From the NCBI RefSeq assembly GCF_000027125.1, contig NC_017626.1: a stretch of DNA of 64,000 nt; one strand, written 5' to 3'. The notes under the pieces were generated by a model. It worked only from the letters and a program-made list of their open reading frames with translations, did no database searches and was not told where the DNA came from. Origin of the DNA: Escherichia coli 042 (lineage in GTDB: Bacteria; Pseudomonadota; Gammaproteobacteria; Enterobacterales; Enterobacteriaceae). The position numbers were made by a program, and so were the translations under genes. This document shows positions 25,897-37,368 of the stretch, in pieces (position 1 is the stretch's first letter; the number at the start of each line of letters is the position of its first letter).

Positions 25897-27048
25897 TTAC
25901 CAGGCGGTATGGTAAAGCTCTACAATATCCTCAAGCGTTGCTTCGCGCGGGTTGCCACCGGTACAAACGTCATCAAGCGCCGCCTGCGCCAGTGCCGGAA
26001 TGTCTTCCTTGCGTACACCAACGTCACGCAAATGTGGCGGAATACCGACATCACGGTTGAGAGCAAACACCGCTTCAACAGCGGCATTACGCGCCTCTTC
26101 CAGGCTCATACCTTCCACTTTCACGCCCATAACGCGCGCGATATCGCGGTACTTCTCACCGGTAAAGTCAGCGTTATAGCGCATGACATGCGGTAACAGG
26201 ATGGCGTTCGCAACACCGTGTGGAGTGTTATAAAACGCGCCCAGTGGATGCGCCATACCATGCACCAACCCTAACCCAACATTCGAGAAGCCCATACCCG
26301 CAACATACTGCCCGAGCGCCATTTCTTCTCCGGCATCCTTATCACCAGCAACCGATCCTCGCAGCGCCCCAGCAATGATTTCAATCGCTTTAATGTGCAG
26401 TGCATCGGTTAGCGCCCACGCGCCACGGGTAATATACCCCTCAATAGCATGAGTGAGCGCATCGACACCCGTCGCAGCTTTCAGCGCTGGAGGCATACCA
26501 TCCATCATGTCAGCGTCAATAAACGCCACCTGCGGGATATCATGCGGATCAACGCAAACAAACTTGCGCCGTTTCTCTTCGTCAGTGATCACGTAGTTAA
26601 TGGTCACTTCTGCCGCAGTGCCTGCTGTGGTGGGGATTGCCAGAATCGGTACACTGGGTTTATTGGTCGGGGAAAGTCCTTCCAGGCTACGCACATCGGC
26701 AAACTCCGGGTTGTTGCTGATAATGCCAATCGCTTTGCACGTATCCTGTGGAGAACCACCACCAATAGCGATCAGGTAATCCGCGCCGCTATTCTGGAAT
26801 ACACCGAGCCCTTCTTTGACGACAGTAATTGTTGGGTTGGGCACTACGCCGTCGTAAATCGCCCATGCCAGCCTTGCAGCATCCATCTTATCGGTCACTT
26901 TTGCCACCACGCCGCATTGCACCAGCGTTTTATCGGTGACGATCAGCGCCTTCTGATAACCACGGCGTTTCACCTCATCGATTAAAGCTCCAACAGCACC
27001 CCGACCAAACCATGCCGTTTCGTTCAGAATCATTCTGTTAGCCATCAT
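25897..27048 (-). CDS. fucO: L-1,2-propanediol oxidoreductase (lactaldehyde reductase)
   Basis: 383-aa ORF (MMANRMILNE...; the true start may be the second Met at 27045); iron-containing alcohol dehydrogenase family. Confidence 0.93.
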   Translation of the reverse strand: MMANRMILNETAWFGRGAVGALIDEVKRRGYQKALIVTDKTLVQCGVVAKVTDKMDAARLAWAIYDGVVPNPTITVVKEGLGVFQNSGADYLIAIGGGSPQDTCKAIGIISNNPEFADVRSLEGLSPTNKPSVPILAIPTTAGTAAEVTINYVITDEEKRRKFVCVDPHDIPQVAFIDADMMDGMPPALKAATGVDALTHAIEGYITRGAWALTDALHIKAIEIIAGALRGSVAGDKDAGEEMALGQYVAGMGFSNVGLGLVHGMAHPLGAFYNTPHGVANAILLPHVMRYNADFTGEKYRDIARVMGVKVEGMSLEEARNAAVEAVFALNRDVGIPPHLRDVGVRKEDIPALAQAALDDVCTGGNPREATLEDIVELYHTAW

Positions 27049-27072
27049 CCTTCTCCTTGTTGCTTTACGAAA

Positions 27073-27720
27073 TTACTCTTCAATCCGTAACCCGTAGGTT
27101 TTGAATTTCTCCAGCACTACGGCAATCTCTTCATCGCTCAGCACTGGCACCGGGTCCGTAATCGCCAGGGTCGTCAGGTAAAGTTGCGCCAGCACTTCAA
27201 CTTCATGCGCCAGCCATAACGCTTTTTCCAGATTCACCTCACAAGCGATAAGCCCATGATGTTGTAACAAAGTTGCCTTACGATTTTTGAGAGCCAGCGC
27301 AACATGTTCAGAAAGTTCGCGTGTTCCAAAGGTCGCATAAGGCGCGCAAGGAATAGAATTACCGCCAGCCGCCGCAATCATGTAGTGAATAGCGGGGATC
27401 GGTCGGTTAAGAATGGAAACTGCTGTGCAATGAACGGCATGATTGTGAACAACCGCGTTGGCATCCGGTCTGCTTTGATAGGCCGCCATATGGAAACGCC
27501 ATTCGCTTGAGGGGAGTTTTCCTTCCTCATGTTTACCGTTGCCATCAATAAAGACAATATGCGACTCCGTCAGTTTTTCATATGGAATACCTGTAGGCGT
27601 AATCAGCATCCCATCCTGATAACGTACACTGACGTTACCCGCTGTCCCCTGGTTCAGTCCCAGGCGGGTCATTTCCAGGCAAGTGTCAATAATCTGACGA
27701 GCAAGTTTATTTCGTTCCAT
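27073..27720 (-). CDS. fucA: L-fuculose-1-phosphate aldolase
   Basis: 215-aa class II aldolase ORF. Confidence 0.93.
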   Translation of the reverse strand: MERNKLARQIIDTCLEMTRLGLNQGTAGNVSVRYQDGMLITPTGIPYEKLTESHIVFIDGNGKHEEGKLPSSEWRFHMAAYQSRPDANAVVHNHAVHCTAVSILNRPIPAIHYMIAAAGGNSIPCAPYATFGTRELSEHVALALKNRKATLLQHHGLIACEVNLEKALWLAHEVEVLAQLYLTTLAITDPVPVLSDEEIAVVLEKFKTYGLRIEE

Positions 27721-28266
27721 TAGCTACCTCTCTCTGATTCAAAACAGGGCAATAATGTTGTTCCTTTCACACTATTGAATTAGCCGTTTAATTACCCACC
27801 ATCTTCTTCCTGATTAACAAGAAAGAAATTCACAAGCTTATATTTTGTGACCTGGTTCAACTAATCACAGTAAATAACTGCAACTTCTCTTTTTATAATC
27901 CCATTAAAAATGACCGCTCTTAAAAATATTTATCAAAACGGTCATTTTTCCATTCCCTCTCGCCAGAAATGCCCGTTTTCGGCACAAACAATTAATACGG
28001 TCATCGGGTTTGTGTTTTTTATGATTTATTTTCTGAAACGGGCATGAAATTTCGATTATTAAAGTGATGGTAGTCACATAAAGTCACCTCCCAGCTAATA
28101 AGTGTGACCGCCGTCATATTACAGAGCGTTTTTTATTTGAAAATGAATCCATGAGTTCATTTCTGACAGGCAAATATTCACTGATATGAAGCCCGAACTC
28201 GCTGGTTTTGCACTTTTGAAAACATAACCGATTACGTGCTTAAGCTTCTGAACCTAAGAGGATGCT
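27721..28266. promoter_or_regulatory. Divergent fucAO / fucPIKUR control region with repeated inverted motifs and two CRP-like sites
   Basis: AAAATGACCG-N22-CGGTCATTTT at 27907-27948; related ATGCCCG/CGGGCAT and ACGGTCAT motifs at 27967-28050; aGTGA-N6-TCACA at 28063-28078 and TGTGA-N6-TCATA at 28103-28118. Confidence 0.6.
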
Positions 28267-29583
28267 ATGGGAAACACATCAATACAAACGCAGAGTTACC
28301 GTGCGGTAGATAAAGATGCAGGGCAAAGCAGAAGTTACATTATTCCATTCGCGCTGCTGTGCTCACTGTTTTTTCTTTGGGCGGTAGCCAATAACCTTAA
28401 CGACATTTTATTACCTCAATTCCAGCAGGCTTTTACGCTGACAAATTTCCAGGCTGGCCTGATCCAATCGGCCTTTTACTTTGGTTATTTCATTATCCCA
28501 ATCCCTGCCGGGATATTGATGAAAAAACTCAGTTATAAAGCAGGGATTATTACCGGATTATTTTTATATGCCTTGGGCGCTGCATTATTCTGGCCCGCTG
28601 CAGAAATAATGAACTACACCTTATTTTTAGTTGGCCTATTTATTATTGCAGCCGGATTAGGTTGTCTGGAAACTGCCGCAAACCCTTTTGTTACGGTATT
28701 AGGGCCGGAAAGCAGTGGTCACTTCCGCTTAAATCTTGCGCAAACATTTAACTCATTTGGCGCAATTATCGCGGTTGTCTTTGGGCAAAGTCTTATTTTG
28801 TCTAACGTGCCACATCAATCGCAAGACGTTCTCGATAAAATGTCTCCAGAGCAATTGAGTGCGTATAAACACAGCCTGGTATTATCGGTACAGACACCTT
28901 ATATGATCATCGTGGCTATCGTGTTACTGGTCGCCCTGCTGATCATGCTGACGAAATTCCCGGCATTGCAGAGTGATAATCACAGTGACGCCAAACAAGG
29001 ATCGTTCTCCGCATCGCTTTCTCGTCTGGCGCGTATTCGTCACTGGCGCTGGGCGGTATTAGCGCAATTCTGCTATGTCGGCGCACAAACGGCCTGCTGG
29101 AGCTATTTGATTCGCTACGCTGTAGAAGAAATTCCAGGTATGACTGCAGGCTTTGCCGCTAACTATTTAACCGGAACCATGGTGTGCTTCTTTATTGGTC
29201 GTTTCACCGGTACCTGGCTCATCAGTCGCTTCGCACCACACAAAGTCCTGGCCGCCTACGCATTAATCGCTATGGCACTGTGCCTGATCTCAGCCTTCGC
29301 TGGCGGTCATGTGGGCTTAATAGCCCTGACTTTATGCAGTGCCTTTATGTCGATTCAGTACCCAACAATCTTCTCGCTGGGCATTAAAAATCTCGGCCAG
29401 GACACCAAATACGGTTCGTCCTTCATCGTTATGACCATTATTGGCGGCGGTATTGTCACTCCGGTCATGGGGTTTGTCAGTGACGCAGCGGGCAACATCC
29501 CCACTGCCGAACTGATCCCGGCACTCTGCTTCGCAGTCATCTTTATCTTTGCCCGTTTCCGTTCTCAAACGGCAACTAACTGA
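28267..29583 (+). CDS. fucP: L-fucose:H+ symporter
   Basis: 438-aa MFS ORF. Confidence 0.93.
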   Translation: MGNTSIQTQSYRAVDKDAGQSRSYIIPFALLCSLFFLWAVANNLNDILLPQFQQAFTLTNFQAGLIQSAFYFGYFIIPIPAGILMKKLSYKAGIITGLFLYALGAALFWPAAEIMNYTLFLVGLFIIAAGLGCLETAANPFVTVLGPESSGHFRLNLAQTFNSFGAIIAVVFGQSLILSNVPHQSQDVLDKMSPEQLSAYKHSLVLSVQTPYMIIVAIVLLVALLIMLTKFPALQSDNHSDAKQGSFSASLSRLARIRHWRWAVLAQFCYVGAQTACWSYLIRYAVEEIPGMTAGFAANYLTGTMVCFFIGRFTGTWLISRFAPHKVLAAYALIAMALCLISAFAGGHVGLIALTLCSAFMSIQYPTIFSLGIKNLGQDTKYGSSFIVMTIIGGGIVTPVMGFVSDAAGNIPTAELIPALCFAVIFIFARFRSQTATN

Positions 29584-29615
29584 ACATATTTTCCGAATAA
29601 AGTGAGGAATCAGTA

Positions 29616-31391
29616 ATGAAAAAAATCAGCTTACCGAAAATTGGTATCCGCCCGGTTATTGACGGTCGTCGCATGGGTGTTCGTGAGTCGCTTGAAGAAC
29701 AAACAATGAATATGGCGAAAGCCACGGCCGCACTGCTGACCGAGAAACTGCGCCATGCCTGCGGAGCTGCCGTCGAGTGTGTCATTTCCGATACCTGTAT
29801 CGCGGGTATGGCTGAAGCCGCTGCTTGCGAAGAAAAATTCAGCAGTCAGAATGTAGGCCTCACCATTACGGTAACGCCTTGCTGGTGCTATGGCAGTGAA
29901 ACCATCGACATGGATCCAACCCGCCCGAAAGCCATTTGGGGCTTTAACGGCACTGAACGTCCCGGCGCTGTTTACCTGGCAGCGGCTCTGGCAGCTCACA
30001 GCCAGAAAGGCATCCCGGCATTCTCCATTTACGGTCATGACGTTCAGGATGCCGATGACACATCGATTCCTGCTGATGTTGAAGAAAAACTGCTGCGCTT
30101 TGCCCGCGCCGGTTTGGCCGTCGCCAGCATGAAAGGTAAAAGCTATCTGTCGCTGGGCGGCGTTTCGATGGGTATCGCCGGTTCCATTGTTGATCACAAC
30201 TTCTTTGAATCCTGGCTGGGAATGAAAGTCCAGGCGGTGGATATGACCGAACTGCGTCGCCGTATCGATCAGAAGATTTACGACGAAGCCGAACTGGAAA
30301 TGGCGCTGGCCTGGGCTGATAAAAACTTCCGCTATGGCGAAGATGAAAATAACAAACAGTATCAACGCAATGCCGAGCAAAGCCGCGCAGTTCTGCGCGA
30401 AAGTTTACTGATGGCGATGTGTATCCGCGACATGATGCAAGGCAACAGCAAACTGACCGATATTGGTCGCGTGGAAGAATCACTTGGCTACAACGCCATC
30501 GCTGCGGGCTTCCAGGGACAACGTCACTGGACCGATCAATATCCCAATGGCGACACCGCCGAAGCGATCCTTAACAGTTCATTTGACTGGAATGGCGTGC
30601 GCGAACCCTTTGTCGTGGCGACCGAAAACGACAGTCTTAACGGCGTGGCAATGCTAATGGGCCACCAGCTCACTGGTACCGCTCAGGTATTTGCCGATGT
30701 GCGTACCTACTGGTCACCAGAAGCAATTGAGCGTGTAACGGGGCATAAACTGGACGGACTGGCAGAACACGGCATCATCCATTTGATCAACTCCGGTTCT
30801 GCTGCGCTGGACGGTTCCTGTAAACAACGCGACAGCGAAGGTAACCCGACGATGAAGCCGCACTGGGAAATCTCTCAGCAAGAGGCTGACGCTTGCCTCG
30901 CCGCTACCGAATGGTGCCCGGCGATCCACGAATACTTCCGTGGCGGCGGTTACTCTTCTCGCTTCCTTACCGAAGGCGGCGTCCCGTTCACTATGACTCG
31001 AGTCAACATCATCAAAGGCCTGGGACCGGTACTGCAAATCGCGGAAGGCTGGAGCGTGGAATTGCCGAAGGATGTGCATGACATCCTCAACAAACGCACC
31101 AACTCAACCTGGCCAACCACCTGGTTTGCACCGCGCCTCACCGGTAAAGGGCCGTTTACGGATGTGTACTCGGTAATGGCGAACTGGGGCGCTAACCACG
31201 GGGTTCTGACCATCGGCCACGTTGGCGCAGACTTTATCACTCTTGCCTCCATGCTGCGTATCCCGGTATGTATGCACAACGTTGAAGAGACCAAAGTGTA
31301 TCGTCCTTCTGCCTGGGCCGCGCACGGCATGGATATTGAAGGCCAGGATTACCGCGCTTGCCAGAACTACGGCCCGTTGTACAAGCGTTAA
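29616..31391 (+). CDS. fucI: L-fucose isomerase
   Basis: 591-aa ORF. Confidence 0.95.
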   Translation: MKKISLPKIGIRPVIDGRRMGVRESLEEQTMNMAKATAALLTEKLRHACGAAVECVISDTCIAGMAEAAACEEKFSSQNVGLTITVTPCWCYGSETIDMDPTRPKAIWGFNGTERPGAVYLAAALAAHSQKGIPAFSIYGHDVQDADDTSIPADVEEKLLRFARAGLAVASMKGKSYLSLGGVSMGIAGSIVDHNFFESWLGMKVQAVDMTELRRRIDQKIYDEAELEMALAWADKNFRYGEDENNKQYQRNAEQSRAVLRESLLMAMCIRDMMQGNSKLTDIGRVEESLGYNAIAAGFQGQRHWTDQYPNGDTAEAILNSSFDWNGVREPFVVATENDSLNGVAMLMGHQLTGTAQVFADVRTYWSPEAIERVTGHKLDGLAEHGIIHLINSGSAALDGSCKQRDSEGNPTMKPHWEISQQEADACLAATEWCPAIHEYFRGGGYSSRFLTEGGVPFTMTRVNIIKGLGPVLQIAEGWSVELPKDVHDILNKRTNSTWPTTWFAPRLTGKGPFTDVYSVMANWGANHGVLTIGHVGADFITLASMLRIPVCMHNVEETKVYRPSAWAAHGMDIEGQDYRACQNYGPLYKR

Positions 31392-31499
31392 TACATTACT
31401 CCCTGATGTGATGCCCGGTCGCTCCGGCTACCGGGCCTGAACAAGCAAGAGTGGTTAGCCGGATAAACAATGTTATCCGGCTATATTGCAGGAGCGATT

Positions 31500-32918
31500 A
31501 TGAAACAAGAAGTTATCCTGGTACTCGACTGTGGCGCGACCAATGTCAGGGCCATCGCGGTTAATCGGCAGGGAAAAATTGTTGCCCGCGCCTCAACGCC
31601 TAATGCCAGCGATATCGCGATGGAAAACAACACCTGGCACCAGTGGTCTTTAGACGCCATTTTGCAACGCTTTGCTGATTGCTGTCGGCAAATCAATAGT
31701 GAACTGACTGATTGCCACATCCGCGGTATCGCCGTCACCACCTTTGGTGTGGATGGCGCTCTGGTAGATAAGCAAGGCAATCTGCTCTATCCGATCATTA
31801 GCTGGAAATGTCCGCGAACAGCAGCGGTAATGGACAATATTGAACGGTTGATCTCCGCACAGCAGTTGCAGGCTGTTTCTGGCGTCGGAGCCTTTAGTTT
31901 CAATACGTTATATAAGTTGGTGTGGTTGAAAGAAAATCATCCACAACTGCTGGAACGCGCGCACGCCTGGCTCTTTATTTCGTCGCTGATTAACCACCGT
32001 TTAACCGGCGAATTCACTACTGATATCACGATGGCCGGAACCAGCCAGATGCTGGATATCCAGCAACGCGATTTCAGTCCGCAAATTTTACAAGCCACCG
32101 GTATTCCACGCCGACTCTTCCCTCGTCTGGTGGAAGCGGGTGAACAGATTGGTACGTTACAGAACAGCGCCGCAGCAATGCTCGGCTTACCCGTTGGCAT
32201 ACCGGTGATTTCCGCAGGTCACGATACCCAGTTCGCCCTTTTTGGCGCTGGTGCCGACCAAAATGAACCCGTGCTCTCTTCCGGTACATGGGAAATTTTA
32301 ATGGTCCGTAGCGCCCAGGTTGATACTTCGCTGTTAAGTCAGTATGCCGGTTCCACCTGCGAACTGGATAGTCAGGCAGGGTTGTATAACCCAGGTATGC
32401 AATGGCTGGCATCCGGCGTGCTGGAATGGGTGAGAAAACTGTTCTGGACGGCTGAAACTCCCTGGCAAATGTTGATTGAAGAGGCTCGTCTGATCGCGCC
32501 TGGCGCGGATGGCGTGAAAATGCAGTGTGATTTATTGTCGTGTCAGAACGCTGGCTGGCAAGGAGTGACGCTTAATACCACGCGGGGGCATTTCTACCGC
32601 GCGGCGCTGGAAGGGTTAACCGCGCAATTACAGCGCAATCTACAGATGCTGGAAAAAATCGGGCACTTTAAAGCCTCTGAATTATTGTTAGTCGGCGGAG
32701 GAAGTCGCAACACATTGTGGAATCAGATTAAAGCCAATATGCTTGATATTCCGGTAAAAGTTCTCGACGACGCAGAAACGACCGTCGCAGGAGCTGCGCT
32801 GTTCGGTTGGTATGGCGTAGGGGAATTTAACAGCCCGGAAGAAGCCCGCGCACAGATTCATTATCAGTACCGTTATTTCTACCCGCAAACTGAACCTGAA
32901 TTTATAGAGGAAGTGTGA
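31500..32918 (+). CDS. fucK: L-fuculokinase
   Basis: FGGY-kinase ORF; start chosen at ATG 31500 (GGAG 6 bp upstream, [12 protein letters not shown]); an in-frame ATG at 31470 lies inside an intergenic hairpin. Confidence 0.88.
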
Positions 32919-32919
32919 A

Positions 32920-33342
32920 ATGCTGAAAACAATTTCGCCGTTAATTTCTCCCGAACTATTGAAAGTGCTGGCAGAGATGGGACATGGAGATGAAATTATT
33001 TTTTCCGATGCTCACTTTCCCGCCCATTCGATGGGACCGCAGGTGATCCGCGCTGATGGCCTGTTGGTGAGCGACTTGCTCCAGGCGATTATCCCGTTAT
33101 TTGAACTGGACAGTTATGCACCGCCGCTGGTGATGATGGCGGCGGTAGAAGGTGACACTCTCGATCCTGAAGTAGAACGACGTTACCGTAATGCGCTTTC
33201 ACTACAAGCCCCGTGTCCTGACATCATCCGCATCAATCGTTTTGCGTTTTATGAACGGGCACAAAAAGCCTTTGCGATCGTTATCACAGGCGAACGAGCG
33301 AAGTACGGGAATATTCTTTTAAAAAAAGGGGTAACACCGTAA
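32920..33342 (+). CDS. fucU: L-fucose mutarotase
   Basis: 140-aa RbsD/FucU-family ORF. Confidence 0.9.
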
Positions 33343-33399
33343 TCTCATACCGGTACGCCCGCATGACGCGGGCGGTTATCGAATGATGGGGTGAAAAAT

Positions 33400-34131
33400 A
33401 TGAAAGCGGCACGCCAGCAAGCGATAGTCGACCTGCTGCTGAACCATACCAGCCTGACCACGGAAGCTCTCTCTGAACAGCTAAAGGTCAGTAAAGAAAC
33501 CATTCGTCGCGATCTCAATGAATTACAGACGCAGGGTAAAATTCTGCGCAATCATGGGCGCGCTAAATATATCCACCGTCAAAATCAAGACAGTGGCGAT
33601 CCCTTTCACATCCGGCTGAAAAGCCATTATGCGCATAAAGCAGATATCGCGCGCGAGGCGCTCGCGTGGATTGAAGAAGGGATGGTAATAGCCTTAGACG
33701 CAAGTTCAACCTGCTGGTATCTGGCACGCCAGTTGCCTGACATCAACATCCAGGTCTTCACCAATAGCCATCCGATTTGCCATGAACTCGGTAAACGCGA
33801 ACGCATTCAACTAATCAGTTCCGGCGGCACACTTGAGCGCAAATATGGCTGTTACGTCAATCCCTCGCTGATTTCCCAACTTAAATCGCTGGAAATCGAT
33901 CTGTTTATTTTTTCTTGTGAAGGGATCGATAGCAGCGGCGCACTGTGGGACTCCAATGCCATCAACGCTGATTACAAATCAATGCTATTAAAACGCGCCG
34001 CGCAATCGTTGTTATTGATTGATAAAAGTAAATTTAATCGTTCAGGGGAAGCCCGCATCGGGCATCTGGATGAGGTAACGCACATTATTTCTGATGAGCG
34101 CCAGGTTGCAACTTCTTTGGTAACAGCCTGA
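33400..34131 (+). CDS. fucR: DeoR-type activator of the fucose regulon
   Basis: 243 aa from ATG at 33400 (MKAARQQAIVDLL), HTH plus sugar-binding domain. Confidence 0.9.
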   Translation: MKAARQQAIVDLLLNHTSLTTEALSEQLKVSKETIRRDLNELQTQGKILRNHGRAKYIHRQNQDSGDPFHIRLKSHYAHKADIAREALAWIEEGMVIALDASSTCWYLARQLPDINIQVFTNSHPICHELGKRERIQLISSGGTLERKYGCYVNPSLISQLKSLEIDLFIFSCEGIDSSGALWDSNAINADYKSMLLKRAAQSLLLIDKSKFNRSGEARIGHLDEVTHIISDERQVATSLVTA

Positions 34132-34174
34132 CGGAAAGGGTAGCAGGCCGGAGACGACGCCCCGGCCTTGCCTG

Positions 34175-35275
34175 TTATCGCTCGTCGCGACGACCACCCA
34201 CCGCAGCCCAGATACGGCGGACGTGCACCGTCACTTCTTCGCGATCGTGATACAACTGCCGCGCCTGAATCTGAGCATTTATGCCATGTTCATCAAGCTG
34301 TGCCTGAATATACGCCAGATTGTGTGACACTTCTTCGTAGCGTTTTTTCATCGGCAGTTTGAGGTTGAAAATGGTTTCACGACACCAGCCATTAACCAGC
34401 CACTGCGCCATCAATGCCGCAACTTTCGCCGGTTTTTCAACCATATCGCATACCATCCAGGAAATATTGCTGCGTGTCGGACGGAATTTGAAACCATCTT
34501 CCCGCAGCCACGTCACCTGCCCGGTATCCATCAGACTTTGCGCCATCGGGCCGTTGTCGACGGAATAAACCCACATGTTGCGCTTCACCAGTTGGTAGGT
34601 CCAGCCACCAGGGCAAGCGCCCAAATCCACCGCCCACATCCCGTTCGCCAGGCGTTCATCCCACTCATCCGCAGGAATAAACACATGAAATGCCTCTTCC
34701 AGTTTGAGCGTGGAACGACTCGGCGCATCTGCCGGAAATTTCAGGCGCGGAATGCCCATATAGAACGGCGAATTATTGTTGCTGTATGAGTAACCGGTAT
34801 AGCAGCAGCCTGGTGCAATAAAGAATACATGCACAACCGGACGCTTCGGCGTTTCATAGTTCGCCAGCACACCCGCATCGCGCAAGGCAGCGCGTAGCGG
34901 CACGGTGAATTTACGGCAGAATTTCAGCAACTCTTTGCTTTCGTTGGTATCGGCAACTTCAACACGCAGTTCACCGCCCTTCTCTACTACGCCCTGTAAC
35001 ATGCCGACAATGGGAGTAATACGATCTTCTGGCGGCAAATGCTGCAGGAGTTCCCCCACCACAAACCACTGGCGGGCAAAAATTAATGAACTGAACGGCA
35101 GCTCACGGATTAACTTATCGCCATCATCAGGTTGATAACATTCATAAATGACATAACCCGCATTCTCTTTCACGCGGGCAAAACCGAAAATTTCCCGCTG
35201 GCCGGCTTTATCGGTAATTTCTGCGGCGCACTCTTTTTCAAAGCCCGGACGGCACAGCAATACAACCTTATTCAT
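34175..35275 (-). CDS. rlmM: 23S rRNA (cytidine2498-2'-O)-methyltransferase
   Basis: 366-aa ORF; synteny with ygdD and gcvA. Confidence 0.88.
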
Positions 35276-35663
35276 GACTTACGCCCTTGCGCTTTAAACG
35301 GATAGCACCAACTAACATTAACGCCCAGCCCGCGAGGAAGCTCACGCCGCCAACCGGTGTGACAAATGCCCACAAACGCAGATGGGACAGCGCCAGGCAA
35401 TAAAGGCTGCCGCTGAACAGCACCGTGCCTAACGCGAGGAAAACGCTACTCCAGTAAAACCAGATACTGATGCGACGCTGCATTGCCACCGCCAGACCTA
35501 AGATCGCCAGCGTATGGAACGCCTGATATTCGAGACCGGTCTGGATCCAGCCCATCTCAACGGCCCCCATGGTTTTACTTAACACATGCGCGCCAAAAGC
35601 GCCCAGAGCCACAAAAATGAAGCCGCTAATGGCGGCGAAAATCAGCATAAAACGGCTGGTCAT
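35268..35663 (-). CDS. ygdD: DUF423 inner-membrane protein
   Basis: 131-aa hydrophobic ORF overlapping the rlmM start by 8 bp. Confidence 0.8.
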
Positions 35664-35681
35664 GGTCGTACCCTACGTAAA

Positions 35682-36599
35682 TTATTGTTCATAACGAAAG
35701 CGGAATTTTTCTTGTTCAGCAGCGGCTTTCGCCAGGATCCATTGACGAAAGGCGGCTATTTTACCCAGTTCTGCCTGACTGTCATGACAAACCAGATAAA
35801 AAGCATTTTTACTGACCAGAACATCATTAAACGGGCAAACAAGACGTCCGGCCTCGATTTCAGATTGCGCCATCACGTTATTTGCCAGCGCCACTCCCTG
35901 CCCGTGAATAGCCGCTTGCAGCACCATGGCGCTATGGCTAAAAATTGGCCCTTGCTGAACGTTGATATGATTTAACCCCAATTGGCGAGTATATGTCTGC
36001 CAGTCACGGCGTGACGCATCATGTAATAACGTATGTTTAGCCAGATCTTCCGGGGTCTTCAAGGGTTTTTCGCCAGTCAGCAGTAGCGGCGAACACACCG
36101 GCAATAAATATTCGGCGTAAAGTTTTTCCACCCGTAGCCCCGGCCAGTTGCCCCGACCATAAAATATCGCCACATCAACATCATCCGCCAGCTTATCTTC
36201 CTGACGATCAACCGCCTGGATTCGAACGTCAATTCCCGGATAAGCTGAATTAAAGCTGGAAAGTCGCGGAACCAACCAATGAATGGCGAAACTGGGGAGT
36301 AAACTGACCGTCAACGCCCCCTTGGCGCTACGGGCCTGGAGTTTACGCGTCGCTTCGGTTAATTGCGAAAATATCTCTTTGATATCGAGGAAATAGCTTT
36401 GACCTTCCTCGGTCAGCAGGAGTGAACGATTACGGCGGCGGAACAGTTTTAGCCCCAGAAAATCCTCAAGAGACTTGATTTGATGACTTACTGCGGCCTG
36501 GGTCACAAAAAGCTCTTCTGCTGCGCGAGTGAAACTTAAATGGCGTGCTGCGGCATCAAAAACTCGTAAGGCATTTAGCGGTGGTAATCGTTTAGACAT
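35682..36599 (-). CDS. gcvA: LysR-family regulator of the glycine cleavage system
   Basis: 305-aa ORF, MSKRLPPLNALRVFDAAARHLSFTRAAEELFVTQAAVSHQI HTH. Confidence 0.93.
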   Translation of the reverse strand: MSKRLPPLNALRVFDAAARHLSFTRAAEELFVTQAAVSHQIKSLEDFLGLKLFRRRNRSLLLTEEGQSYFLDIKEIFSQLTEATRKLQARSAKGALTVSLLPSFAIHWLVPRLSSFNSAYPGIDVRIQAVDRQEDKLADDVDVAIFYGRGNWPGLRVEKLYAEYLLPVCSPLLLTGEKPLKTPEDLAKHTLLHDASRRDWQTYTRQLGLNHINVQQGPIFSHSAMVLQAAIHGQGVALANNVMAQSEIEAGRLVCPFNDVLVSKNAFYLVCHDSQAELGKIAAFRQWILAKAAAEQEKFRFRYEQ

Positions 36600-36727
36600 G
36601 GCTTTTAAACTTTGATGTTAAATGAATTTAACAATTAGATCACACTGTGTAACCTATTAGTTTTTTTAATCTGAGCCATTATAAATTGTCCGTTGAGCTT
36701 CTACCAGCAAATACCTATAGTGGCGGC

Positions 36728-36933
36728 ACTTCCTGAGCCGGAACGAAAAGTTTTATCGGAATGCGTGTTCTGGTGAACTTTTGGCTTACGGTTGTGATGT
36801 TGTGTTGTTGTGTTTGCAATTGGTCTGCGATTCAGACCATGGTAGCAAAGCTACCTTTTTTCACTTCCTGTACATTTACCCTGTCTGTCCATAGTGATTA
36901 ATGTAGCACCGCCTAATTGCGGTGCTTTTTTTT
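36728..36933 (+). ncRNA. gcvB: GcvB small RNA, divergent from gcvA
   Basis: ACTTCCTGAGCCGGAACGAAAAG start, GU-rich repeats (gttgtgatgttgtgttgttgtgtttg), two hairpin/U-run terminators, the last ending in T8 at 36926-36933. Confidence 0.85.
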
Positions 36934-36949
36934 ACCTTGCGATCGCGAA

Positions 36950-37177
36950 TTACTGATCCAGTTCGACCATCTCTTTCACGTCGGTACGGTTGATCTGCTG
37001 TTTGTTGCCATTAGCGTCTTTATACGAAATCATACCGGTATCGTTATCAGTCTGTGGTTTGCCGTCAGAGACGATGGTACGTCCGTCATTGGTGTGCATC
37101 ACATAGTTCGAACCGGAACAGGCGCCCAGGGCAAAAGTCAGCATACAGGCAGAAATAATTGCGGCAGTCTTTTTCAT
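36950..37177 (-). CDS. ygdI: DUF903 lipoprotein YgdI
   Basis: Short ORF with lipobox (LTFALGACSG). Confidence 0.75.
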   Translation of the reverse strand: MKKTAAIISACMLTFALGACSGSNYVMHTNDGRTIVSDGKPQTDNDTGMISYKDANGNKQQINRTDVKEMVELDQ

Positions 37178-37368
37178 CATCTTCTCCTTAAAGCGATTAA
37201 TAAATCTTAATAGTATTGATTAACAGGCTAAAATTAACGCCTAACACTATTCAGCATATGTTACTTACGCGGCTTCGCCAGGATATCCAGATAATTCTGA
37301 TGGTTAGCACTCTCCTTGTATCAAAGTGAATTTTGCGTCACGATCGGTTCATCAAGCCGAGGAGTACC

